Assembly: GCA_002104905.1 (NCBI GenBank)
Contig: MCFE01000004.1
Location: 124,001 to 188,000 of the forward strand
DNA: 64,000 nt
Reading direction: 5' to 3'
Source of the DNA: Basidiobolus meristosporus CBS 931.73
Taxonomy: Eukaryota > Fungi > Basidiobolomycota
The translations under genes were made by a program, and so were the position numbers. The notes beneath the pieces were generated by a model. It was not told the DNA's origin. It saw only the letters and a list, made by a program, of their open reading frames with translations, and did not search any database. Each line of letters opens with the position of its first letter. The stretch's first letter is position 1. Below are positions 27,563-38,800 of this stretch, piece by piece.

Positions 27563-29708
27563 TGTAGTGGGGTGACAGTTACACCCACTGACAGATGTGC
27601 TCATTCCCTTATTTTCTACTTCCCTTTATCTCTACTACACTTATTTTAGTTTTATCCCATTTGTCTTACCCAATCAGTACTATCCCATAAGCCGGTTGAC
27701 TATCACACCTGCTTACTTTATTGCATAAGTTACCCCTCACTTTATGTAAGATTACTAGCCATAAGTACTTCTATATTAGGCAAGTACCTGCGCCAGTACC
27801 CGTGACACATGATCAACCTGTGTCACCATCCCTACCATTTCCATACAATATATGGTATCCCCATGTTACACAGGTTTCAGAATACTGATTCCTGATTGGT
27901 TGGATGTGCTGTGCCTCTTAGAACCTTCTGGCACCTACTTAGAACATTCTTAGGTCATTCTGATGTCATTAAGATTTCTATTGGTATCCGGAACCTTCTG
28001 GAACACCATGATTAGTAATCACTTAGTCAGTAAGAAAAGTATATAAGGGAGGCTATCCCTCAACAATAAATCATCATCCCTTTTATCAATAAACCAACTT
28101 GTTGATTAGTGTGATCACTGCTACCTGCTGCTACCTGAACTTCCAACCCTAGACCACAGGACACTCCCAGGAAACCGCTGTAGTGGGGTGACAGTGACAC
28201 CCACTGACAGATGTGCTCATTCCCTTATTTTCTACTTCCCTATATCCCTACTACACTCATTTTAGTTTTATCCCATATGTCTTACCCAATCAGTACTATC
28301 CCATAAGCCGGTTGACCATCACATCTGCTTACCTTATAGCATAAGTTACCCCTCACTTTATGTAAGATTACTAGTTACAAGTGCTTCTATATTAGGCAAG
28401 TACCCGCGCCAGTACCCGTGACACATGATCAACCCATGTCACCATCCCTACCATTTCCATACCATATATGGTATCCCCATGTTACACAGGTTTCAGAATA
28501 CTGATTCCTGATTGGTTGGATGTGCTGTGCCTCTTAGAACCTTCCGGCACCTACTTAGAACATTCTTAGGTCATTCTGATGTCATTAAGATTTCTATTGA
28601 TCTCCGGAACCTTCTGGAACACCATGATTAGTAATCACTTAGCCAGTGAGAAAAGTATATAAGGGAGGCTATCCCTCAACAATAAATCATCATCCCTTTT
28701 ATCAATATACCGACTTGTTGATTAGTGTGATCACCGCTACCTGCTGCTACCTGAACTTCCAACCCCAGACCACAGGACACTCCCAGGAAACCGCGCTGAC
28801 AGCCAACTGACCTTGGAGGCACTACTTGTGAGGAATACTCAGAGTAGGTATCTTTTATTATATTTGATTCTTTCCCAAGTTTTTTCTTGTACAGGCAAAG
28901 ATACTTTTCTGTCTTTGTAACTATTGACCACAGCTGCATTCTTATCAAGTCCCTGCTGGTGGAGTTTACAGTTGTTTTGACTTTGGAAGCTTTAGTACAT
29001 TGTCATCTCAAAAGACGCTGAACCCAGCACATACTTTTGTTAAGACGCCAACTAAGTTGGGGATTGTAGCTCAATAGTTTTCCCTTGACAAGCTTGTGGC
29101 TTTATTCCCCTTCACATTAGATTAGAGACAGAACCCAAGTATTCCTAGCAAGCTTTTGCCAGAGGTTATTGCACTCAGTGAACACCCCACACACAAAACA
29201 CTTGAGAAGTGTTGGACGTATCTCTCCCTTGGACCTATACACCACCACACCGCGCTGACAGCCAACTGACCTTGGAGGCACTACTTGTGAGGAATACTCA
29301 GAGTAGGTATCTTTTATTCTATTTCATTCTTTCCCAAGTTTGTTCTTGTACAGGCAAAGATACTTTTCTGTCTTTGTAACTATTGACCACAGCTGCATTC
29401 TTATCAAGTCCCTGCTGGTGGAGTTTACAGTTGTTTTGACTTTGGAAGCTTTAGTACATTGTCATCTCAAAGGACGCCGAACCCAGCACATACTTTTGTT
29501 AAGACGCCAACTAAGTTGGGGATTGTAGCTCAATAGTTTTCCCTTGACAAGCTTGTGGCTTTATTCCCCTTCACATTAGATTAGAGACAGAACCTAAGTA
29601 TTCCTAGCAAGCTTTTGCCAGAGGTTATCGCACCCAGTGAACACCCCACACACAAAACACTTGAGAAGTGTTGGACGTTTCTCTCCCATGGACCTATACA
29701 CCACCACA
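27563..29708 (+). mobile_element. Solo LTR family D (outer copy) containing a nested copy of itself
   Basis: TG...CA ends with perfect TSD GCGG/GCGG inside the Gypsy-3 PBS. Internal TATA (AAGTATATAAGG) and AATAAA are present. Confidence 0.9.
28179..29249 (+). mobile_element. Solo LTR family D (inner copy, 1071 bp)
   Basis: TGTAGTGGGG...CCACCACA flanked by perfect TSD CCGC/CCGC, which produces the apparent A-A-B-B tandem. Confidence 0.9.
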
Positions 29709-29724
29709 GCGGCTACCAATGTTA

Positions 29725-32700
29725 TGTTGTAACTTAAGAAGGGATTTAGATATAAGGAACTTATCAATATATAGTTATAATAGTTCAACTGGTGTTTATT
29801 CATAAAGAGGATCAGTATTTATACCTTTGTAGTAGTAATACAGCTGTAACACTATGTCATGAGGGTCTCTTAACACTTAGGAGCATCCTGTAATAGCTTC
29901 AGAGTTAGTACCTAGTTATTGGTAAAAAGTGTTAATTTGATCTTCATTACAGCAGAATAATTATAGGATTGTAGGTGTGAAGAAACTGGCAAAGTTGGGA
30001 CTGCAAATAAGTCCTATAGTGACCAAGAATAGTCTAGAATTGTTAAGTAAGCTTTTATCTGCTGAATGATACCAAATAGTCCAATATTTTGAAACTCCCC
30101 CTCAACTAAATTATTTCTTAATCCTAACTCCGCTCTGAGATTCTCAAATTGTGGTCTAGCTAGTGGTTTTGTCAATGGACTTGTTCTATTGGATAGTGCC
30201 ACATTGAGCCATGGGTGCCAAATGATGCCATAGTGTGCCAGGGAGGCCAAGTGAACTTATACTTGGCCACAGAGTGTAAAACATAGCTCCGCATCTTCAT
30301 GCAAAGCAGCCCCTGTGTTTCACCTATTGTGTTGGAGAAAATCCATTTTTTGACCTTGTTTTCTGGATCAATGTTGTGCAGGGTGTGTGAGAGCACAGAA
30401 GGACTGAAGACATGCATCTAGTACTTAATACCCATGGCACTCTGAATCTAGCTCCTGTGGCCTGTATCATGTCACAAAAATGAATGGCACTATCTTGGTC
30501 CACTGGTACTATCTGGCATCATAAGTGCTTTGTATAGGTCTTACTTTTTGGCTAACATCTAAATATAGTGCCTGATAGTACCAGTGGACCAAGATAGTGC
30601 CATTCATTTATGTGACATGATTCAAGCCGCAGGAGCTAGATTCATAATGTCATGGGTATTGAGTACCAGATGCATGTCTTCCATCTGCTTGTGCTCTAAC
30701 ACATCCTGTACAACATTGATCCAAGAAAAAAGGTCAAAAAATGGATTTTCTCCAACACAATGGGTGAAACACAGGGGCTGCTTTGCATGAAGATGCGGAG
30801 CTATGTCTCACACTCTGTGGCCAGGTAGAGGCTCATTTGGCCTCTCTGGCACACTATGGCATCATTTGGCACTCATGGCTCAATGTGGCACTATCCAATG
30901 GAACAAGTCTAATATATCTGCCACCATTTTGTCAGATAGACAGTAAACTAACTCTACTAAGGTATTTTCTACAGCTTCCCTCACAAAGTGATGTAGTATA
31001 TCTATGTGCTTAGTTCTGGCATGATTAGTAGGATTCCTAGCTGATGAAATACAACTTTGATTATCTTGGTAAATACATGTTTGTTCATCTGAATTAAAGC
31101 CCAAGTCTTTGAATAATTTCTGTTGCCATATTGCCTCCTTAGTTGCTTGGCAAGCAGCTTTATATTTAGCTTCAGTTGTAGATAGGGCCATAGTTGGTTG
31201 TTTCTTGTAATTCCAAGTACTATCTGCACCAGCATAAAGAAATAAATACCCAGTGGTAGAGCATCTGTCAATCAGATCTCTACCCCAATCTGAATCACTG
31301 TAACCATCAAACTTTTGCCTATTAGCTGCTCCAGAGTATTCCAGTACCATATTTATGGTACCTTGTAGATATCTGAAAATCCACTTAGCTACTCTAATTT
31401 GCTCTGATCTATAATTCTGCATGAGTTGAATAACTGTTCCAATTGCCACTGCAATAGCAGGACATGCTGACACCATTGAGTACATAAGGTCACCCATTAT
31501 TGATTGATAGGGAAAGTTTTGGTCCATATTTGAGCCGTTTTCATCTAAAATTGGCTGAGATTTGCTCAATTTAGATTATTGTCCATAGGGATAGCTGCAG
31601 GCTTGCAATTTTCCATTTTGAAGGGTCTAAAATTGTCCCTGATGTACTTAGACTGATTCAGCATAATTTCTGCTTAGGTATGTCAAAATTCACTTTAATT
31701 CCATGGAACTAGCCCAATTTTGCAAGATCTTTCATCTCAGACTTGCTGATGAGATCTGATTGTGTCTGTTTAAGTGGCTCCTAGTCACTTGTAGTTATTA
31801 TTAGGTTGATCACTCCCTTCTTGAGCTGTTTCACCTTTATACTCTGATCTGCAGTGCTACATATGAGCCCAGTCTCCTCAAGATTTGTGTCAATATTGTT
31901 ATACCATGCTCTAGGTGCCTGCTTAAGCCCATACAACAATTTTCTAAGTCTGCACACCTTATGGGGGCCTTTTGGACTGGTAAACCCTCTGGTTGCTCCA
32001 TATATATAGTTACTTGCAAATCCCCATTAAGAGAAGCTGTTTTGATGTCTATTTGGTGTAGATCTAGACTGTGCTCAGCTGCCAGGGCTAGAACTGTACT
32101 AATGGAGTTAAACATGGCAACCAGAGCAAATGTTTCTTTAAAGTCTAGTCCCTGGATCTGAGAATAGTCTTTAGCCGCCAATCTAGCCTTGTACTTATCA
32201 ACAGTACCATTTGAGGTTATCTTGATTTTGTAGACCCATATACATCTATTGGCTTTCTCCCATTTGGTAAATCTACAAGTCTCCATGTTTTTGCTTTGAT
32301 CAGTGATTGGTACTCCTCCTGCATGGCTTGTTGCCACATAGTAGCTTCTGGACTTTGTATTGCCTGTTCCAGATTTGGAGGTTTGGCACATGACACAAGA
32401 TTAGCTTCTTCATGGTGATTACATATCTACCACCAGGTCCAAGGGGCATTTCTTATTCTAGTAGATCTCCTAACAGGAATAATCTGCTCTGATCTGGAAC
32501 TGGTAGAGTTATCTTCTGTATCTGGCTGAATCTGGTGCATATCTTCTTCATAAGTGTTGATTGCATCATCAGCTAGCTGGCCAATGATTTCTGTGGCTTT
32601 CTGATATGAATTCTCCTCAAATACAATCTCCCTGCTCTTGATCAGCTGCTGCATTCTGCCATCATATACTCTATATCCTTTAGTATCATCACAATACCCA

Positions 32701-35116
32701 AGAAAGATCGCCTTTTTACTCTTTGGCTTCAGCTTTGAGCATTTTTTGACAGGGATGTAATAAAGACACCACTTCCAAAGATCCTGAGGTGATGGAGATC
32801 TGGGTTTTTGTATGTGTATGGTTCAAAGGGTGTAGAATCATGTATTGCTGTTGATGGGCATCTATGCTTGATATATATCACAGTAGCAGCAGAATCAGCC
32901 CAGAACCTGTAGTCTATTCCCTTATCATGTAGCATAGATCTTCCCTCCTCTACTGCTGTTCTACTTGCACATTCTGCTACTGTATTTTGCTGCAGAGTAT
33001 GTGGAACAGTGGTCTGTTTAAGTATACCAGTATATGAGAACTTTATTGCAAACTCCTTTGAGCAGTATCCCCCCATTGTCACTTTGAAGTATCTTCAATT
33101 TACATCCAGTTTGTGCTTCTGCCATGTTCTTGAAGTGGTTAAACATCTCTAAAGCCTCATTCTTTGTTTTGAGGAAGTATACTCCTGTATATCTTGTCTT
33201 GTCATCAATAAACCTCATAAAGTATCTCTTGGCTCCAAAGGACAGTGTTCTCATGGGCCCACATATGTCTGAGTGTACAAAAGTCAATATTTTGGTGGTG
33301 TTGATGCCTCCTGAGCTCCTGAAGCAATGCCTAGCTTGTTTGCCAGATGAACATCCCTTACAGACTCTCAATATGATTGAAATTGAGTAACTTGAGCCCA
33401 AAACAAGCTGTTTTATCACCAATTGGCACATTCCTACTCCCCAATGTGTCCTAGCCTTGTATGTCATATCTTCCAGTTAGTTTCATCAGTTTCAGCAATG
33501 TTGGCATACTGAGGTACAGTGAACTTGCATTGTAACTTGTATACATTGCCATCTCAGATTCCCAAAGCTAATTTTTGTCCATTTTCACTTAATATTGAAC
33601 AGTTTAGCTTAGTAAAAGCAAATTTCTGTCCCTTAGCAGCTCCTTTACTGACTGAGAGTAGGTTCTTAGATATTCCAGCTTAGTACAGTATGTCAGTCAC
33701 TTTTGTTGCTGTAGCCCTTGAGATATCACTCATATTTAGTAGTATAGACCCACTGGTGGTAGCTTCCAGTGCAGAGTTGTCTCCCAGATGAACCTTTCTT
33801 ATGGGAATAGTCTTTAAGTTGCTGAACTACTCCTGTATACCACAAATATGCTGTGATGCTCCATAGTCAATATGCCAATGATTACTTTGGTTACTTGCAC
33901 TCTCTTGTACAGTTACAAATAACTGTTCATCAGTAGTTATATGGTTTGCCTGCTCCAGTTATGGTTTTTTGTCTACTTGCTACTTCTTGCATTCTCTTGC
34001 CCAGTGTCCTGGCTTCTTACAGTAGTTTCAGCAACCAGGTTTTCTTTGGTTTTGTTGCTTCCCCTACTTTTCTGTGTGCCTTTCAGAGCAGAATAAAGCA
34101 TTGTCTTCAATCTTTTCTGCTTGGTCGTTACATCTGAGTTCTTCATGGAGAAGTCTTCCATTGACATAGTCTAAAGTCAAATTGTCTTCTCTGCTTTCAA
34201 AAGAAAGTATGTGCAGTTTATACTTGTCTGGTAGGCTGCAAAGCAGGCAGAGTATCTTTTCTTCCTCATCTATACCAGCATGGATACTGTGAAGTTCTTC
34301 TTCAAGTGTCTCCATTCTGGTAATGAGTTGAAGCATGTCATCATCTGGCTTTTTCCTCATATGGAAGAACTTTTGTTTTAAATAAAGCTTGCTTGATACT
34401 GACTTTGCTCTAAAGATCTTCCCTAAGGATATCATGCTGCTTTGACAGTGTCTGAAGCATGGATTTGTTCAATGAAGGAATCTTGCACATTGATACATAT
34501 AGCATAAAGGCTGTCTCTCCTTCTCTGGAAATTTCTCCACTTCTTCTGCTGTTCCTTGGGGCTCAACTTCTTTTCCTGTTACTATATTCCAGAGCTTTCT
34601 TTCCTCAAGGCGGATCTGCTTCTTGATTGTTGAAGGTCTGTAATTCTTCCCATCCAGCCTCTCCTTTACAGGGAAGATACTTGTATTGTTCTGTTTGCTG
34701 GTAGAAGTCATCTTTAGAATAGGTTAAAGCAATCAGGGCCCATAACCTGTTGCAACTTAAGAAGTGAATTGGATAAAAGGAGCTTATCAAGATATAGTGA
34801 TAATAGCTGAGCAGCTATTAATTCATAAAGTGGATCAGTATTTATACCTTTCTAGAAGTAATACAACTGTAACACTAAGTAAGGAGGGTTTCTTGACAAT
34901 CAGGAGTATTCTGTAACAGTTTCAGGATTACTACATAGTGTTTGGTAAAAAAGTGTCAATTTGATCTTTGCTATGAGAATAATCATAGGTTCATAGATGT
35001 GAAGAAACTGGCAAAGTTAGGGCTGCAAATAAGTCCTACAGTGACCACAATTAGTCCAGAATTGTTAAGTAAATTTTTTGGTGCTGCATGATACCAAATA
35101 GTCCAATATTTCAACA
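29725..35116 (-). mobile_element. Ty1/copia element Copia-3 (full length, decayed)
   Basis: LTRs at 34748-35116 and 29725-30094, perfect 5-bp TSD TGTTA at the end of the Gypsy-3 LTR, and PBS GGTTATGGGCCC. Shares the RT YVDD deletion and TAG stop with Copia-2. Confidence 0.9.
30177..30910. mobile_element. Foldback element, 734 bp: ~342-bp inverted arms around a ~50-bp spacer
   Basis: Arms 30177-30518 and 30569-30910 are reverse complements. Ends are GGACTTGTTC/GAACAAGTCT. Perfect AAT/AAT TSD in Copia-3 RNase H. Confidence 0.9.
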
Positions 35117-35484
35117 TGTTACAAGTCTTGATATAAGAGTTGTAGAGTAATAGGGAGTTTGGCTAGTATTGTATTCACTAAAGTGTGAATTGATCTTTAT
35201 TGAGGTTTCAGCAGGTCCTTGAATACATTTTGCTAGAGGTATTGCTGACTGATTGTATTTCCTAATATAGTCTGTGGCTGATGACTCAGATAATTGCATT
35301 ATCATTGCCCATGATACAATACTTAATATATCTACTTCTGTATGATAAGAATCTGCTAACTCATCTTCTTACTAATAATACTGATCAGATAGATGACATT
35401 GAAAAACTGATAGGCTAAGCATAAAACTAAATGATTTGACTAAAAACTGAATCAACTTAAACATTCAAGTGGTAGATCATAATA

Positions 35485-35870
35485 TTTAATCATTTCAGAG
35501 TGAGAGAAGAGCTTACATTTGCATATCTAAGGAGATTCAGCATATCAGCAAGTAAAAACTAACAAATGACATATATGGAGAAAACAGCACAATAGGTAAA
35601 ATAGCCAAGATACTAATTAATCCTTAGTATATTCAAACAAGAAGACATTCACTGAGAGAAATGTGTATGGGGCATTATTACAAGTAAATAAAGCAAGATA
35701 CACACTTTTCTGAGCAATGTAAATAAAATTGAATAAGATTATCAGTAACTGTATCCTGCCACTGGCATGATGGCAGTCATTATAGTACCAGAGAGCACCA
35801 TATGGTGGCAGATCAATCCAGCACTATAGACAGGCTAGGACTAAGTGGCATTTACCAACATAACAAGTTT
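35485..35870 (+). mobile_element. 3' end fragment of the PIF/Harbinger-like element
   Basis: Homologous to 24200-24599. Ends ...CCAACATAACAAGTTT followed by ACT. Confidence 0.65.
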
Positions 35871-35879
35871 ACTCCTTGA

Positions 35880-38800
35880 ATCTTTTGGTAAATACAATCT
35901 GAATATCTTAGGTAACTATTGCACTATAAGAAATAAATGTGACAATCCCCTCAGAAGGCCATCACAAAAATAAATTATCATGGCTAAGAGTTATTGGTCC
36001 CATCAGGAAATCATGCAAGGACCATTAAAAAGAATTGTACTTCACACTTTGCATAAACTCAATCAAAATATTTCATCACAATTATAGATAAGTGGCATTT
36101 AATTGATTTTCTGCCAATTCTTTTGCTTTTTGATCTGCAACACTCAATCATCTTCTGCATTTGTGTACCTTGATTGACTATTACCCTGTTTCCAACACCC
36201 CTTACTTCCTGACTCTACCAAAGCTCTTACTTCTCATACATACAAATTGGCTTTTATATTAAAGCTTCAGTTATAACCCAATTGATAGTTTTGCTGACCT
36301 ACAGATGTCTCTATAGCCAATACTAATATTAAGCACAACCCCATACTTAACAAGTAACTTCATTAAGATCCACCACTTATAAACATTTCTGTTGTAAAGT
36401 CCTTTTTCCATGACTTTGGCATGTGCCCTACAGCTCTATGTCATTGTTCACTCACTGGTTCCCATATATTCTGGCTTCAGCAGGCATTGGAAGGTCTGGT
36501 ACTTTATCTGCCAGCTTTGCAATAAGTCCTTGCAATACTCAGGTATGCTTTTTTGCACACTGTGCCTAATGAAGTGCTGTAACCTCTTGGCGTGTATATT
36601 AGTGTTCAAAAATTCCACTGTAGGCACTGTGATAATCATTTGACTACTTGATATTGCTAACTTGTCTGTTAGCAATATCTCCACTCTCTCTACAATAAAG
36701 GGCACAAAGTCAGTGGTAGACAAATTACATTTCTCTGCAAGCTCATTTACCTCATTGGAGTGTAGCTCATCTCTCTAGGCTTCCAACTCTTGTGAAAACA
36801 GCTGTTGTCTTGTTTGAGATTGTTGTTACCTAATACAGGACTCAGCCTGTTCTGGGCCAATAGTGTTAGTTGGAAAGTACTACAGCTTTTTTCTTGTGGT
36901 TCCCTGCCTTTGGATTGGGTAGACTTCTTTCTCTTTACCTTGCCTTTGTTAGAGTCCTAATTTTTACTCCTACTTTGGCGAAGTGCTTCTTGTATTGTGA
37001 TACTTTTTCTCCATGATAGATGTTGCACAGGCACATCTGTTTCTGCCTGCCTGTCCCTTACCACCACTCTGGTGGCAACCAAACTATCTTTGCTTCTTGC
37101 TTTGTGCTTTCAGCCTTGCTTGATACCCGGTCCTGCAAGAGTCATGAGCTTTTATCACTGACAGGACTGTTGCAATTTAAGCAGTGATTTGGATATAAGG
37201 AACTTATCAAGATATAGTGATAATAGTTGAACTATTGTTTATTTGTAAGGAGGATCAGAATTTATACCTTTGTAGAAGTGCTACAGCTACAACACTAAGT
37301 AAGGAGGCTTTCTTAATATTCAGGAGTATTCTGTAACAGTTTCAGGGTTAATACATAGTGTTTGGTAAAAAGTGTTATTTTGATCTTCACTATAGGGGAA
37401 TAATCATAGAATCATAGATGTGAAGAAACTGGCAAAGTTGAGGCTGCAAATAAGCCCCACAGTGACCCAGACTAGTCTAGAATTGCTAAGTAAATTTTTA
37501 GCTGCTGAATAACACCAAATAGTCCAATATCTAAACATGGACCTTGAATGCTACTTTGACAGCATGATTCTTGCATTGAGCTACATATTTATCTTGATAA
37601 ATGCTGAGCTGATGCATCTGTCATTTCTTGCTTGTCCCTTGCTGGCACTCTCCGGGCTGCCTGGAACCTCTTGCTGTGACATTGAGCCACTGAGTATCTT
37701 CTTTGCAGCCAAGATATTCTGTGTTCTACTTGGGATTCTGATTGCTCTACATCAATTATTTAATCTCTCTGTCTCTGGATTATGTCTTGATTGCTCTGGG
37801 CCATCTCATCTATCCTGTAAGCCACTGCACCTATTTGCCTCAGTTGTACTTTGGTATAAGCTGACAACATACTTGCTAATATTGGTGGTGGTATTTCATG
37901 ATAGTCATTGGCTAGCCTTCTACTAGAGGAACTACTTTTGCTACATTCACATCTGCATGACTTTTGTGATCAGCTTGTGGTTCTGCTAATTTTCTCACTT
38001 GCCTTCTTTACTGAGAGCCTGAGAAGTTTGCATACTTACCTTCAGTCAGTGCACTGTTGACATGTCTTTTTAGAATATAGCACTGCTGGGTTCACTGAAT
38101 GTTAGAGCAAGCTGTTGTCCAACTGTTCTTCTGCTAAGGTTGGCAATGCAGCTTGGCTGGGAATCAGACGCCTTTACTATATCTTTTTAGAGCATATATA
38201 TGGAAGTAAGTCATACCAAATGGGAAATTGTGTTACATATACATGTTGTATGTGATGCCACAGCTTTATTCAAAATGCTTATTATGCTGGGTCATTATTG
38301 AATCTTCCATTCATGCAAGTTCAATATCTCAGATAAAAGACTCTCTTCAAATAGCATGGGTACTGACAAAAAAGTGATTAAATAGTGGTACATTTCTGAG
38401 TGTCAAGCTGTTTGCTCCATGGAGAAGATGACTTTGTTTCAACACCACAAGAGAGGGAAATACCATCTAGTGGTTATTATAACAAGCTTTGCAGCCATGA
38501 AACATGCCAATGGCTTGCAAAGTATCGAAAGCATCACAGCCAGTGCTTTGCCGTACAAGTCATCCTTGAGCAATCATCAGTCACTACTGTATCAATAATA
38601 TCTTGCTGGCCACTTGAAACTTCTGCACCAGCACCAAGCTGTACTCATCAACTTGCACAAGCTGATTTAGGTGGGTTTGGGCTACCTTTTGGCTCACATC
38701 AGCCTTCTGAATATGGCTTTTGGAGTGATAACTATGAAGCAGAAGGCTTGCTGATGAATTAGGAGCCTATTTCCTCTCACAATAATGCCCACCATGAGCC

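Larger units (their letters stand above)
22945..35484 (-). mobile_element. Ty3/gypsy Gypsy-3 (Gypsy-1 family), internally deleted, hosting at least four direct insertions and two secondary nested ones
   Basis: 5' LTR at 35117-35484 (plus 29720-29724), PBS TTGGTAGCCGC split by LTR-D, and gag/RT/RH fragments at 26060-27562, 24603-24988 and 22945-23021. These pieces rejoin seamlessly when the inserts are removed. Confidence 0.85.

Noticed and set aside
27563-29708. A-A-B-B repeat as DIRS/Ngaro split direct repeats or a CRISPR-like array
   Set aside because: It is fully explained by one TG..CA solo LTR nested in another with 4-bp TSDs. No tyrosine recombinase and no repeat-spacer periodicity.
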